A stretch of 64,000 nucleotides of DNA from Burkholderiales bacterium (GCA_046155535.1 JBJXFN010000008.1:7321-71320); one strand, 5' to 3'; positions 29,118 through 41,314 are shown, counted from the first letter of the stretch. Notes: generated from the sequence alone by a model not told the origin. Program-made: numbers and translations.

Positions 29118-29297
29118 TTAGTCGCCTTTAGTCTTGACGACTTTTTTTCCGCGGTAAAAGCCGTTAGGGGTGATATGGTGGCGCAGGTGCACTTCACCAT
29201 TGGTCGGATCAATCGCCAAAGGCGGATTGGTCAGAAAATCGTGTGAACGATGCATTCCGCGCTTGGACGCAGACTTCTTGTTTTGCTGAACTGCCAT
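29118..29297 (-). CDS. rpmF: 50S ribosomal protein L32
   Basis: Not in the ORF track because it is 59 aa, below the track's cutoff. Manual translation of the minus strand gives '[59 protein letters not shown]'. An 'AAGGAG' Shine-Dalgarno sequence (SD) lies 6 nt upstream of the ATG. Confidence 0.95.
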   Translation of the reverse strand: MAVQQNKKSASKRGMHRSHDFLTNPPLAIDPTNGEVHLRHHITPNGFYRGKKVVKTKGD

Positions 29298-29309
29298 GAC
29301 AATGCTCCT

Positions 29310-29822
29310 TCAATGAATCTTCTTTGCCTTGTCTGCCTGACCTGCCAGTACATAGAACGGGCTTGCCTTTGAAATTTCCGGCAGAACTTTTATCAGGGGC
29401 GTGCAATTTTGTTCCGGATGGGCAATCACCATGGGCAGGGCGAGAATGACCTCGTCTTCCACCAGGGTGCACACATCCATTTTCGGATCGGCATGCACTT
29501 GCTCAACGTCCAACGGTTCCTCCGTCACGTCGGCCAACGGTGTCCCGACAGGAACCAATTCGAACATTCGTGTTGCGTCTATTCTGAAATCCATGGGGCC
29601 GAGGCACCGATGGCAGGTCAGCATCAGAGGCCCGGCGACAGACACCCGCAACCCCGGCTTCCCGTTTCCGTCCACCTGCCCATGGAGTCCGAATTCCAGA
29701 CATCCGCCAGTTTCGAGCACAAGGTCATGCAATCGCGGCAATTCCGCCACGGCAATCGACCCTTTCAATTCGCCGGATTCCTTGGCGAATTTCATGCTGT
29801 CCACAACAAGCCGCTCTGACAT
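29310..29822 (-). CDS. yceD: YceD family protein (DUF177, 23S rRNA accumulation protein)
   Basis: Lies immediately upstream of rpmF, as in most bacteria. The DUF177 pattern with 'CHRCL' and the acidic 'LVEDEVILALP' segment is present. Confidence 0.88.
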   Translation of the reverse strand: MSERLVVDSMKFAKESGELKGSIAVAELPRLHDLVLETGGCLEFGLHGQVDGNGKPGLRVSVAGPLMLTCHRCLGPMDFRIDATRMFELVPVGTPLADVTEEPLDVEQVHADPKMDVCTLVEDEVILALPMVIAHPEQNCTPLIKVLPEISKASPFYVLAGQADKAKKIH

Positions 29823-29831
29823 AAGCCGCGC

Positions 29832-29860
29832 ATAATATTAGCTTTGTATCTCCCTGTCAA
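29832..29860 (-). promoter_or_regulatory. Sigma-70 promoter candidate for yceD-rpmF-plsX-fab operon
   Basis: The minus strand reads 'TTGACA'-17 nt-'TATTAT', followed by the GC-rich discriminator 'GCGCGG'. The -10 element ends only about 9 nt before the yceD ATG (29822). Confidence 0.45.
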
Positions 29861-29866
29861 AATACA

Positions 29867-30463
29867 ATGACCCGGACAAACAGTCACCTAGGATTGGTTC
29901 TCGCTTCCACTTCGCGATATCGCAAGGAATTGCTGACTCGCCTGCATCTGCAATTTCGCACGCACGATCCGGGTGTTGAAGAAATTGTGCTTCCCAATGA
30001 AAGTGCAGCCGAGACCGCGAGCCGCCTTGCCATTGCCAAAGCCAAAGCAGTCAGCGACTTGTATCCGGACTCCCTGACCATCGGTTCCGATCAGGTTGCA
30101 GTCTGCGACCAGAAGTTACTGCCCAAACCTTTGTCCCATGAACGGGCCGTGCATCAACTTCGCCACGCCAGCGGACGCGTGGTTTCGTTTCTGACGGCCG
30201 TGACGCTGCTAAACACGGCCACAGGCATTGTCCAGACCAATGTTGTGAAAACCGATGTGCGTTTTCGCAAACTGACAAACGAGGAAATCGACCGATACCT
30301 CAAGGTCGAACCTGCCTACGACTGTGCGGGCAGCGCGAAAGCGGAAGGGCTGGGCATATCGCTGATGGATAACATCCGTTCGGAAGATCCGACCGCGCTC
30401 ATCGGCTTGCCTCTTATCGCCTTGTCCGGCATGCTGCGAAATGAAGGTATCCTCATACCGTAG
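29867..30463 (+). CDS. Maf family nucleoside triphosphate pyrophosphatase (YceF-type)
   Basis: 'LVLASTSRYRKELL', 'IGSDQV' and 'YDCAGSAKAEGLG' match Maf/YceF. It is divergent from yceD, as in E. coli. Confidence 0.9.
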   Translation: MTRTNSHLGLVLASTSRYRKELLTRLHLQFRTHDPGVEEIVLPNESAAETASRLAIAKAKAVSDLYPDSLTIGSDQVAVCDQKLLPKPLSHERAVHQLRHASGRVVSFLTAVTLLNTATGIVQTNVVKTDVRFRKLTNEEIDRYLKVEPAYDCAGSAKAEGLGISLMDNIRSEDPTALIGLPLIALSGMLRNEGILIP

Positions 30464-30497
30464 TGGCAACCTTCATCTTGAAAGATCGACAAAAAAA

Positions 30498-31214
30498 GTG
30501 CCAACGGGCCGCCTATTCCTGATCCCAACGGATCTCGGCACAGAACTGCCGGAGAAAAACTTCAGCGCCCGCCATCAAGCGGCTCTTGCGTCCATAGACC
30601 ATCTGGTCGTTGAGAATCCCAAAGCGGCGCGAAAATTCCTGAAGTCGCTGGGTATCCCTGTGCAACAGCGCACGATGGATACTCTGGATGCCGAAACGGA
30701 TCCGCAGACGCTGCAAAGGTTGTCTGCCATGCTGGACCGTGGGGTCGATTTGGGATTGCTTTCCGATGCAGGCTGCCCCGGAATCGCAGACCCGGGCGCC
30801 GCCTTGGTCGCCCAGGCACACCGCCTGGGTGCTCAAGTGGTGCCTCTCGAAGGCCCCTGCTCGATCGTACTGGCACTCATGGCCTCCGGACTTAATGGCC
30901 AGCGATTTGCCTTCCACGGTTATCTTCCCCAGCGCTCTCCGGCAAGGGAAGAACGCATCGGCGAACTTGAAGCGTTTTCCAGGCGATTCGATCAGACGCA
31001 AATATTCATCGAGACCCCTTACCGCAATGTCGCAATGTTCAACGCGATGCTGACCACCTGCCGTCCGCAGACGCTGATCTGTGTGGCATCGGACTTGACC
31101 CGCACGGGAGAGTCGGTGGTCACCCGTACTGTTCTCGATTGGAAGAAAAAGCCGCCCGTGCTGGACAAACGGCCAACGGTTTTCCTGATGTTCGCCGCGG
31201 AGAGAAAATCCTAA
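30498..31214 (+). CDS. SAM-dependent methyltransferase (tetrapyrrole-methylase/RsmI-like fold)
   Basis: 'GRLFLIPTDLG', 'LSDAGCPGIADPG' and 'GPCSIVLALMASGL' are typical of the RsmI-like TP_methylase family. I prefer the GTG at 30498, because the ORF-track ATG at 30441 overlaps maf by 23 nt. The start is uncertain. Confidence 0.75.
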   Translation: MPTGRLFLIPTDLGTELPEKNFSARHQAALASIDHLVVENPKAARKFLKSLGIPVQQRTMDTLDAETDPQTLQRLSAMLDRGVDLGLLSDAGCPGIADPGAALVAQAHRLGAQVVPLEGPCSIVLALMASGLNGQRFAFHGYLPQRSPAREERIGELEAFSRRFDQTQIFIETPYRNVAMFNAMLTTCRPQTLICVASDLTRTGESVVTRTVLDWKKKPPVLDKRPTVFLMFAAERKS

Positions 31215-32170
31215 TGGATTGAGGTTGAAGATTCGATTGCACGAGTCATGGCGACGCCCACGGCCGCCCCGAATCGATTGGCAACGCGTTCCACAAAGTT
31301 TTCCCTCGGCGTAAAGTCCACGATCTTGTCCGCCTTGATCACCTCACGGGCCACATAGGCAACACTTCCCATGGCATCTGCCAATCCCAGGTCGATGCTT
31401 TTGCGCCCGGTCCAAACCAATCCGGAAAACATCTTTTCCTCCTCCTTGAGCCGCTTTCCCCTGCCAGCGCGGACCGCATCAATGAATTGCTGGTGAATTT
31501 CCACCAACATTTTCTGGGCATGGGCGCGCTCGGAATCATTAACCGGAGAAAACGGATCCAGAAACCCCTTCGAATCTCCAGCAGTGATCAACCGGCGTTC
31601 CACACCCAGTTTTTGCATGGTTCCGGTAAATCCGAATCCATTCATCACTACACCAATGGAACCGACAATGCTGGCGTCCTGCACATAGATTCGGTCGGTT
31701 GCCACGGCCACGTAGTACCCGCCCGAGGCACAAACGTCCTCGACAACAGTATAGATCGGCGTTTTCGGATATTTCTTGCGCAATCTTTGAATCTCGTTGT
31801 TGATGGTCGCTGACTGCACTGGACTGCCTCCAGGACTGTTGACGCGCAATACAACACCCCGGGTGCCCTTGTCTTCAAACGCGTCTTGCAACCCCTTGCT
31901 GACGGTGTCGGCATTAGCCTGCTGTTCCGCCGATATAACGCCGTTCAATTCGACCAAAGCGGTGTGTTCGCCGGTGTTCTCCACGCCTCCGCCATCCAGA
32001 AGACCGGACGCCATAAACAGAATTACAAACAAGTAGGCGAATCCCAGGAGTTTGAAGAAAATTCCCCAGCGCCGGGACTTTCGCTGTTCGTCCAGAGCAG
32101 CGCGGGCGAGGTTCTCGATCACCATCCGTTCCCAGCCATCGCGTGCGCCTTGCCGATCAAATTCAGACAT
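31211..32170 (-). CDS. sppA: S49 family signal peptide peptidase (SppA, 36K type)
   Basis: Has an N-terminal TM segment, 'NSPGGS', the nucleophile context 'CASGGYYVA' and 'GSIGVV'. I chose the ATG at 32170 (AAGGAAG SD 6 nt upstream) over 32188. Confidence 0.88.
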   Translation of the reverse strand: MSEFDRQGARDGWERMVIENLARAALDEQRKSRRWGIFFKLLGFAYLFVILFMASGLLDGGGVENTGEHTALVELNGVISAEQQANADTVSKGLQDAFEDKGTRGVVLRVNSPGGSPVQSATINNEIQRLRKKYPKTPIYTVVEDVCASGGYYVAVATDRIYVQDASIVGSIGVVMNGFGFTGTMQKLGVERRLITAGDSKGFLDPFSPVNDSERAHAQKMLVEIHQQFIDAVRAGRGKRLKEEEKMFSGLVWTGRKSIDLGLADAMGSVAYVAREVIKADKIVDFTPRENFVERVANRFGAAVGVAMTRAIESSTSIH

Positions 32171-32528
32171 GAATAGCTTCCTTTCCATCCATCAAAAAAA
32201 CCCGGCCATTGATTTCCTGAACCTTCACTTGCATGAGCCGTGCTCCTTTGCACGGGCCAATTACACAAACTCCGGACTCAGGACGATAGGCCGCACCATG
32301 TGTCTTGCAGAGCAAATACTGGCCCGCGCGGTCAAAAAATTCGCCTGACGGCCAGTCCAGCTCCACCTTTGCGTGCGCGCAACGATTCACATACCCGTGA
32401 ACCTGTCCGAGAAATCGCACGACAAAGGCATCCAACGGACCATTCGGCGTCGCGATCTGGAAACGGACACCGCACCCGCGTTCCACCAGTGCGGATGCCG
32501 CGCAAATCAAGCCTGCTGCTTCAGCCAT
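32163..32528 (-). CDS. Rieske (2Fe-2S) domain protein
   Basis: The Rieske boxes 'C-A-H' ('NRCAHAK') and 'C-K-T-H-G' ('LLCKTHGAAY') have the expected spacing in a 121-aa protein. Confidence 0.85.
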   Translation of the reverse strand: MAEAAGLICAASALVERGCGVRFQIATPNGPLDAFVVRFLGQVHGYVNRCAHAKVELDWPSGEFFDRAGQYLLCKTHGAAYRPESGVCVIGPCKGARLMQVKVQEINGRVFLMDGKEAIHV

Positions 32529-33178
32529 TTCAAGAAGTCGCCAAAGGAATCCACCATCGTCAGCGGTTGACAGCGTTCGAGTTGCGAAACTGGATGTGCG
32601 CCATAGGTCACCGCGACACTGGGCACCCCTGCATTAGCAGCCATCTGAAGATCGTGGGTGGTATCGCCAATCATCAAGGTTCGGGATGCTTGTACCCCCA
32701 GTCGTTCAACCAAGGCAAGCAGCATGTCCGGGTGCGGCTTGGGAAAACCTTCGTCGGCACATCGGGACGCGTGAAAATGCGGTCCCAGATCGGTCAACTG
32801 CAGTGCCCTTTCCAAGCCACGGCGGCTTTTGCCGGTGGCCACCGCGAGTAAAAATCCGTCGCTTTGAAGCCCCGGGATTCCTGCACCCACGTCCGGGAAA
32901 AGCTCGATTTCTTCATGGCCGTTCAGAAAATGCCTGCTATAACATGCCGACACCTCCTGATACCGTGCAGGATCGAGTCCAGGATGCAAGTACTCCAGCG
33001 CATCTTTCAAACCCAACCCGATCACATGTCTGGACGCCGCCACACTGGGAACCGGTAATCCCAACTCCTTGAATGCGGCCTGCAGACTGGCCACGATGTG
33101 CCCTGCGGAATCCGCCAATGTCCCGTCCCAGTCAAACACCAGCAGGTCAAAGCGTTGTGAAGACTCAGGTGTTGTCAT
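32507..33178 (-). CDS. HAD-IA family hydrolase (phosphoglycolate phosphatase-like)
   Basis: Has HAD motif I 'LLVFDWDGTLADS', motif II 'LAVATGKSR' and motif III/IV 'IGDTTHD'. Confidence 0.88.
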   Translation of the reverse strand: MTTPESSQRFDLLVFDWDGTLADSAGHIVASLQAAFKELGLPVPSVAASRHVIGLGLKDALEYLHPGLDPARYQEVSACYSRHFLNGHEEIELFPDVGAGIPGLQSDGFLLAVATGKSRRGLERALQLTDLGPHFHASRCADEGFPKPHPDMLLALVERLGVQASRTLMIGDTTHDLQMAANAGVPSVAVTYGAHPVSQLERCQPLTMVDSFGDFLKWLKQQA

Positions 33179-34131
33179 CTTGCGGAATCCCCTTCAACGG
33201 ACTGCAGAAAATTTTGCAGCTCTGGCGCAAGGGGAGCATCCACCCGCAACCAATCGTTCTGCCTGGGATGCCGAAACTCCATGCTTGCTGCATGCAGGAA
33301 CATGCGTTTCAAGCCGGTTTTTCCCAGTTTCCGGTTAGCCGCGAAATCGCCATATTTCTCATCGCCCGCAATCGGAAAGCCCAGATGGGAGAGATGCACC
33401 CGGATCTGATGGGTTCGGCCGGTTTTTAGTTCCGCATTCAACAAGCTGAATTCGCCGGCATTCCTGATTAGCGTAAAAATCGTGTGGGATTCTTTTCCGG
33501 ACATCTCGTCGACGACCACCCTGCGGTCCCCCGAGGGCGCCGACTGCTTCTGGAGCCCCAGGCGGACATTGCGTTTTTTGTCGCTCCATTTCCCAAGGAC
33601 CAACGCCAGATAGTGCTTTTTGACTTCGCCTTCCCGCAGTTGGTCGTGCAAGGCGGTCAGGGCACTGCGCTTCTTCGCCAGGGCCAATACCCCGGAAGTC
33701 TCCCGGTCCAGCCGGTGCGCCAGCTCCAGAAATTTCGCGCCCGGCCTGGCTGCCCGCAATTGCTCGATCACGCCGCTGGAAATGCCGCTGCCCCCATGCA
33801 CTGCTACGCCGCCCGGCTTATTGACGATCAGAAAGTCGTCGTCTTCGTAGAGAATGGTCCCCGTAAAAGGAGCACGCGTGGCCCCCCCGGCTTTCCCGAC
33901 CGGCGTGGTGGTTCGAATGGGCGGCAGTCTGATCCGGTCCCCCGCTTGAAGCCGGTAAGTCTGGCTGATGCGACGGCTATTCACCCGCACTTCCCCGCTT
34001 CGGAGAATCCGGTAGATATGACTTTTGGGTACCCCTTTCAGGATTTTTTGCAGATAGTTGTCGATACGTTGATCGTGACTATCGGCACCGGCTTCCTGCC
34101 AACTTGCAGAAATTTTGCTTAAGGTATTCAT
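33175..34131 (-). CDS. rluC: 23S rRNA pseudouridine(955/2504/2580) synthase RluC
   Basis: Has an S4 domain 'QRIDNYLQKIL.GVPKSHIYRILRSGEVRVN' and the RluA-family catalytic motif 'HRLDRETSG'. It is divergent from rne, as in E. coli. I chose the ATG at 34131 ('TAAGGAAA' SD directly upstream) over ORF-track 34206. Confidence 0.9.
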   Translation of the reverse strand: MNTLSKISASWQEAGADSHDQRIDNYLQKILKGVPKSHIYRILRSGEVRVNSRRISQTYRLQAGDRIRLPPIRTTTPVGKAGGATRAPFTGTILYEDDDFLIVNKPGGVAVHGGSGISSGVIEQLRAARPGAKFLELAHRLDRETSGVLALAKKRSALTALHDQLREGEVKKHYLALVLGKWSDKKRNVRLGLQKQSAPSGDRRVVVDEMSGKESHTIFTLIRNAGEFSLLNAELKTGRTHQIRVHLSHLGFPIAGDEKYGDFAANRKLGKTGLKRMFLHAASMEFRHPRQNDWLRVDAPLAPELQNFLQSVEGDSAR

Positions 34132-34490
34132 TTTCCTTATACTATTCAGGCCAACGGGCATCTCAGTCTTTCGGATCGGACGGTAGAGCCATGCAGTTTC
34201 TCGCAAATTTGCGATCTGAAATCCCGCCGATCACAGTCCGTCGAAAAGGGTTAACTTCGCTCACCCGAGTAAGTAGCGATGGTAATCGATGCATTGCGCG
34301 CTCGCAGCACCCTGTGGATTCCCACCGCCTGCCTTGTGCAGGCCGTGACCCTGACAAACATTCGGAACATTTCTTTCGTCCCCCTCACCCACTTAAACCA
34401 TGTGAGTTTTTGACGACGGACTGCAAAATCCTCTAGACGAGTACACCGGAAGTTTGTCCTCCCCGTGAATTGTGAGTGCGGGAGAACAAA
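34132..34490 (+). promoter_or_regulatory. rluC-rne divergent control region / long rne 5' leader
   Basis: A 359-nt non-coding gap before rne. In E. coli the rne 5' UTR is about 361 nt and autoregulatory. The gap contains a perfect 14-bp palindrome 'TCGCAAATTTGCGA' (34201-34214). No promoter is pinned down. Confidence 0.4.
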
Positions 34491-37142
34491 ATGAAGAGAA
34501 TGTTGTTCAACGCGACCCATGCAGAAGAACTGCGGGTCGCAATTGTGGATGGGCAGAAGCTCATCGATCTGGATATCGAAACGGCCGGCAAGGAGCAGCG
34601 CAAAAGTAATATTTACAAGGGTGTCATCACCCGGATCGAACCCAGTCTCGAAGCCGCCTTTCTGGACTATGGCGCAGATCGCCATGGTTTCCTGCCCTTC
34701 AAAGAAGTCAGCCGCTCCTACTTTCATAATCCGGATGCCGATCCAGCCCGGGCCCGCATCCAGGATGCGTTGCGGGAAGGTCAGGAACTGATTGTCCAGG
34801 TGGACAAGGATGAGCGCGGCAACAAAGGCGCCGCACTCACCACCTTTATCAGCCTGGCGGGCCGTTACATCGTTCTCATGCCCAACAATCCCCGGGGCGG
34901 TGGCGTTTCTCGCCGGGTCGAGGGGGAAGATCGGAACGAATTGCGCGACACCGTCGCCCAATTGGAAGTCCCGGCGGGCATGAGCATCATCGCCCGGACG
35001 GCCGGCATCGGTCGCTCGGTCGAGGAGCTGACCTGGGATCTGGGCTACCTGATGCAGTTGTGGACAGCAATTGAAACCGCTGCCAAACAGCAAAACGGTG
35101 CTTTCCTGATTTATCAGGAAGGCAGCCTGGTGATCCGCGCCATTCGCGATTATTTCCACCAGGAGATCGGTGAAATCCTGATCGACACGGAAAGCATCTT
35201 CGAACAGGCCCAACAATTCATGAGCCACGTCATGCCGCAGAACGTGGCTCGCGTGAAGCTCTACAAGGACGATGTTCCGCTGTTCTCCCGGTTTCAAATC
35301 GAACATCAGATCGAGACTGCCTATTCCCGGCAAGTGCCGCTGCCTTCGGGGGGGGCAGTCGTCATCGACCACACTGAGGCCTTGGTGACGGTCGACGTGA
35401 ATTCCGCCCGCTCCACACGCGGCGCGGACATCGAAGAAACCGCTTTGCGCACCAACCTGGAAGCCTCGGACGAAATCGCACGCCAGTTGCGCTTGCGCGA
35501 TCTGGGCGGGCTGGTGGTCATCGACTATATCGACATGGAATCCACACGCAATCAGCGCGATGTCGAAAATCGCCTGCGTGATGCCCTCAAGTATGACCGC
35601 GCCCGGGTACAAACAGGAAAAATCTCCCGGTTTGGTTTGATGGAGTTGTCGCGCCAGCGCTTGCAGACTTCCCTGGGTGAAACCAGCCACATTTCCTGTC
35701 CACGCTGCCACGGTACCGGCCACATTCGCTCTGTCGAATCTTCCGCACTGCACATACTGCGCATCCTTCAGGAAGAGGCCATGAAGGAAAACACCGCCGC
35801 TGTCCATGCCCAGGTACCGGTGGACGTCGCAACCTATCTTCTGAACGAGAAACGCAACGAGTTTCATTCGATCGAAACCCGGCTCAAGGTCAACGTCTTG
35901 TTGATACCAAACGTCAACCTCGATACGCCGCACTACACCGTGTCCCGTTTGCGTCACGACGAACTGAATCAGGGCGAAGTGGCGGAGCCGAGTTACAAAC
36001 TGGCTGCAGTGCCGGCGGCCGGCGCCGAACCAGCCTCCGCAGCGCAAAAAACCGAAGCTCCCCGCCCGCTGGCGGCGGTTCGGGGTATTACCCCTGCGCA
36101 ACCCGCGCCCTTGCCTTCACCAGCACCAGAGGCCGCGAAAGAAATCAGGCCATCAATATTCGACAAGATCATGGGCTGGCTTACACGCAAACCGGAACCG
36201 GCACCCGCCACGCCAACAACGCGCTTGCGCGAACCCCCGAAGCGTCGGGAGCCGGAAAGCAAAGAGACGCGCGGACGCACGGACGAACGTCGGGAGCCCA
36301 GACGGGGTCCTCGGCCGGAAAACGATTCTCGCCGGGACCATCACCGAAATCGAGGCTCCGAGTCTGGCGACAAACGTGGTGCCGATCGGGTGCCGTCGCC
36401 AAATGTCCCTTCCCCACGGCCGGAAAGAACCGAACCTGCGGCAGACCCGCGCCCGAATGGTGGAACAGCAGAATCGGGAAGAGAAACAGATGGACGCGGA
36501 CGCAAGCGGCGCGGGCGCCGGGAACGGACGCCGGGTGAGCGCGTAGACCGTGCTGGTCGTCATGGTGGGCGCGGCGAATCCCGTCCACCGCGCGACCGGG
36601 AATTCACGGCGGCAGAGGGCACCTCAGTTCCCGAGCGTTTGATTCAGCAGTCGGAATACGAGTTGCGGGAGTCCGCTGCCATGGTGGAAAACACCTCGGA
36701 CGTCGTTCCCGCCCCGAGTATGCAATCAGCAGAACGCCCCAGGCACGGTTTCGACGAACCGCCGGTGCCCAGTCGTCCAGAAGTCACGGTCGACAAACGT
36801 CCCGAGCAGGAAACAACCGTGCAAGACAAACGTTCTGTGGAAGCGGGCATAGTGGAAAAAGTCATGGCAGAAAAGGCCGTGTCCGAACACCTTCCAGAAA
36901 ACGGCGCACAGAAGCCTTCCGCAAAAGTCACTGGCTGGAGGATGGAGCCGGTCAGCCTGCCTCCCGATATGGTCATGATTGAAACCGGGCCGGCGAAGGC
37001 CGTCACGATTCCGGAACCGGCAGCTCCCCGGCCGCCACGAACACCTCGTCCGCGGATGCAACCGCTTCCCGTTGCAGAGGAATCCTTGCAACAAGTGGAG
37101 ACGGTCAATCGGCCGGTCGGAGGGCACGCAGAGCCCAACTAA
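34491..37142 (+). CDS. rne: Ribonuclease E
   Basis: '[29 protein letters not shown]' is the canonical RNase E/G N-terminus. The S1 domain and Zn-link 'CPRCHGTG' are present, followed by a long Arg/Pro/Glu-rich C-terminal scaffold. The start is the ATG at 34491 (GGGAGA upstream). Confidence 0.95.
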   Translation: MKRMLFNATHAEELRVAIVDGQKLIDLDIETAGKEQRKSNIYKGVITRIEPSLEAAFLDYGADRHGFLPFKEVSRSYFHNPDADPARARIQDALREGQELIVQVDKDERGNKGAALTTFISLAGRYIVLMPNNPRGGGVSRRVEGEDRNELRDTVAQLEVPAGMSIIARTAGIGRSVEELTWDLGYLMQLWTAIETAAKQQNGAFLIYQEGSLVIRAIRDYFHQEIGEILIDTESIFEQAQQFMSHVMPQNVARVKLYKDDVPLFSRFQIEHQIETAYSRQVPLPSGGAVVIDHTEALVTVDVNSARSTRGADIEETALRTNLEASDEIARQLRLRDLGGLVVIDYIDMESTRNQRDVENRLRDALKYDRARVQTGKISRFGLMELSRQRLQTSLGETSHISCPRCHGTGHIRSVESSALHILRILQEEAMKENTAAVHAQVPVDVATYLLNEKRNEFHSIETRLKVNVLLIPNVNLDTPHYTVSRLRHDELNQGEVAEPSYKLAAVPAAGAEPASAAQKTEAPRPLAAVRGITPAQPAPLPSPAPEAAKEIRPSIFDKIMGWLTRKPEPAPATPTTRLREPPKRREPESKETRGRTDERREPRRGPRPENDSRRDHHRNRGSESGDKRGADRVPSPNVPSPRPERTEPAADPRPNGGTAESGRETDGRGRKRRGRRERTPGERVDRAGRHGGRGESRPPRDREFTAAEGTSVPERLIQQSEYELRESAAMVENTSDVVPAPSMQSAERPRHGFDEPPVPSRPEVTVDKRPEQETTVQDKRSVEAGIVEKVMAEKAVSEHLPENGAQKPSAKVTGWRMEPVSLPPDMVMIETGPAKAVTIPEPAAPRPPRTPRPRMQPLPVAEESLQQVETVNRPVGGHAEPN

Positions 37143-37204
37143 CGAGCCTACCGCTTCCGGACTGCCCTACGGATCCGTTACACCGGAAACAACCGGAAGA
37201 CTCC

Positions 37205-37247
37205 CCTGAGAATGCCCGGCGGCACAAAGCTGCCGGGCCCTCTCAGG
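37205..37247. terminator. Extended GC-rich stem-loop between convergent rne and ptp (possible bidirectional terminator)
   Basis: 'CCTGAGA-at-GCCCGGCGGC-acaaa-GCTGCCGGGC-cc-TCTCAGG': an outer 7-bp stem and an inner 10-bp stem with one mismatch. There is no clear U-tract on either strand. Confidence 0.4.
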
Positions 37248-37308
37248 ATGACTGGCACGCGAAACGCTGTCGTGACGCGCTCGACAAATCGCGGTCAAGT
37301 CGCGCGAC

Positions 37309-37782
37309 TCAGATGCCGTAATTTTTCCTGATATCCGACAACAGGCCGGCAGAGGCGTCTTCAACCATGTCGAGCACGACTTCGAAGCCATCAGCCCTGC
37401 CATAATAAGGATCGGGCACCTCCTGGCCGCGATACTTGGCGCTGAAATCCATGAACAGGCGGACCCGGCCAGCATGGCTCTCCGGGACATTTTTCCGCAT
37501 CTCCCTGAGATTGTCTCCGTCCAGCGCGAAGAGATGATCGAAATGACCGATGTCCCCGGCAATAAATTTGCGTGCACGCAATCCAGACATGTCCAGGCCA
37601 CGCAACGCGGCGGCCGCCTGAGCCCGATGGTCCGGCGCGCAGCCGACGTGATAGTCGTGCGTCCCTGCTGAATCCACCAGAATGACTTCCTGCAACCCGG
37701 CCTCTTCCACCCTATGGCGAAAAACTGCCTCGGCGGTGGGCGATCTGCAGATGTTGCCCATGCAAACAAACAACACCCTCAC
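37309..37782 (-). CDS. Low molecular weight protein-tyrosine-phosphatase
   Basis: Has the P-loop 'VCMGNICRSP' (C-x5-R-S) and the Asp loop 'PDPYYG'. It lies 16 nt downstream of uvrB. Confidence 0.92.
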   Translation of the reverse strand: MRVLFVCMGNICRSPTAEAVFRHRVEEAGLQEVILVDSAGTHDYHVGCAPDHRAQAAAALRGLDMSGLRARKFIAGDIGHFDHLFALDGDNLREMRKNVPESHAGRVRLFMDFSAKYRGQEVPDPYYGRADGFEVVLDMVEDASAGLLSDIRKNYGI

Positions 37783-37798
37783 TTTGACCCCGAAATTT

Positions 37799-39913
<2,115 letters not shown>

Positions 39914-39953
39914 GGGTACAATACGCCGCCGCGAAACTTCCAATGCTATCACG

Positions 39954-41168
39954 ATGAATCCGTCTTCCTCTTCGACGATTTTGTCAGGCGTCCAGATGGC
40001 GCCAAAAGACCCGATTCTGGGTGTCACCGAAACCTTTAATGCGGACAAGAATCCGCTCAAGGTCAATCTCGGGGTCGGCGTCTACTATGATGATCATGGC
40101 AAGGTGCCTTTGCTCGAATGCGTCAAGCGGGCCGAGGCGCAAATTGCCCAGTCGCCGACGCCGCGTAGTTATCTGCCGATCGACGGACTGGCTGCCTATG
40201 ACAGCAGCGTGCGCGATCTGGTGTTCGGCCCGGGCTCGCAGCCGGTCGCGGAGGGCAGAGTGGTCACGGTACAAGCGTTAGGTGGCACGGGCGCGCTGAA
40301 ACTTGGCGCGGATCTTCTCAGGCGCCTTTCACCGTCCGCCCAGGTCTGGATCAGCGATCCGAGCTGGGAAAATCACCAGGCATTGTTTGAAGGTGCGGGA
40401 TTTACGGTGAATAACTACCCGTATTACCAGCCAGCCTCGCGCGACGTCGATTTTCCTGCGATGCGTGCAACACTGGAGTCTCTGGAGTCCGGCGCCATCG
40501 TTGTTCTGCACGCTTGTTGCCACAACCCTACAGGCGTGGACCTCACGGAAGAACAGTGGTCCAGGGTAATCCAGGTTGTCGTCGGTCGCCGCCTGATTCC
40601 GTTTGTCGACATTGCCTACCAGGGTTTCGGTGGAGGCATCGATGCGGATGGCAAGGTGGTCAGGGAGTTCGCCGCGGCCGGCATTCCGGTATTTGTCTCG
40701 AATTCGTTTTCCAAGTCCTTTTCCCTGTATGGGGAGCGTGTCGGCGCTTTAAGCGTTGTGGCAGCCGACAAAGACGAAGCCGCACGCGTGTTGAGTCAAC
40801 TCAAACGCACCATCCGGACCAATTATTCGAATCCCCCGACGCACGGCGGACGGATTGTCGCAACGGTACTGTCCACCCCCGAATTGCGCAGACTGTGGGA
40901 AAGCGAACTGGCACAGATGCGCGACCGGATTCGCGAAATGCGCCAGCAACTGGCCGCGCAACTAAAGGCAAAGGTTCCTGGACAGGATTTCAATTTTGTC
41001 ATCAAGCAACGCGGCATGTTTTCGTATACCGGTCTGTCTATGGACGCGGTCACCCGGCTGCGGGAAAAGTTTTCAGTCTACGTCATCGACTCCGGGCGGA
41101 TCTGCGTGGCCGCGCTGAATTCCCGCAATCTTGGCCATGTTGTAGAGGCCATCGCCGCGGTTAGTTGA
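39954..41168 (+). CDS. Aspartate/aromatic amino acid aminotransferase (AspC/TyrB class I)
   Basis: Has '[34 protein letters not shown]', 'HACCHNPTG' and the PLP-Lys motif '[16 protein letters not shown]'. The start could be 39954, or a downstream TTG/ATG (39981/39996). Confidence 0.9.
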   Translation: MNPSSSSTILSGVQMAPKDPILGVTETFNADKNPLKVNLGVGVYYDDHGKVPLLECVKRAEAQIAQSPTPRSYLPIDGLAAYDSSVRDLVFGPGSQPVAEGRVVTVQALGGTGALKLGADLLRRLSPSAQVWISDPSWENHQALFEGAGFTVNNYPYYQPASRDVDFPAMRATLESLESGAIVVLHACCHNPTGVDLTEEQWSRVIQVVVGRRLIPFVDIAYQGFGGGIDADGKVVREFAAAGIPVFVSNSFSKSFSLYGERVGALSVVAADKDEAARVLSQLKRTIRTNYSNPPTHGGRIVATVLSTPELRRLWESELAQMRDRIREMRQQLAAQLKAKVPGQDFNFVIKQRGMFSYTGLSMDAVTRLREKFSVYVIDSGRICVAALNSRNLGHVVEAIAAVS

Positions 41169-41194
41169 TCGCTCGCGGTGCGTTCTATTCTCCG

Positions 41195-41223
41195 TTGACC
41201 ATAGTGGTGCGAGCGCGTATGAT
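41195..41223 (+). promoter_or_regulatory. Sigma-70 promoter for tRNA-Asn
   Basis: -35 'TTGACC', a 17-nt spacer, -10 'TATGAT', then the GC-rich discriminator 'ccgccgc'. The tRNA starts 15 nt after the -10 element. Confidence 0.6.
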
Positions 41224-41238
41224 CCGCCGCTTTCGTCT

Positions 41239-41314
41239 TCCCCGATAGCTCAGTTGGTAGAGCGACGGACTGTTAATCCGCAGGTCCCTGGTTCGAGCCC
41301 AGGTCGGGGAGCCA
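41239..41314 (+). tRNA. tRNA-Asn (anticodon GTT)
   Basis: 76 nt: acceptor TCCCCGA/TCGGGGA, D-arm GCTC-AGTTGGTA-GAGC, anticodon loop 'CTGTTAA', T-arm CCTGG-TTCGAGC-CCAGG, encoded GCCA end. Confidence 0.93.

Noticed and set aside
34251-36101. 616-aa ORF antisense to rne
   Set aside because: It lies entirely opposite the strongly conserved RNase E catalytic domain. Its translated sequence is Arg/Gly/Ala/His-rich with no recognisable motifs. It is the typical long antisense ORF of GC-rich coding DNA.
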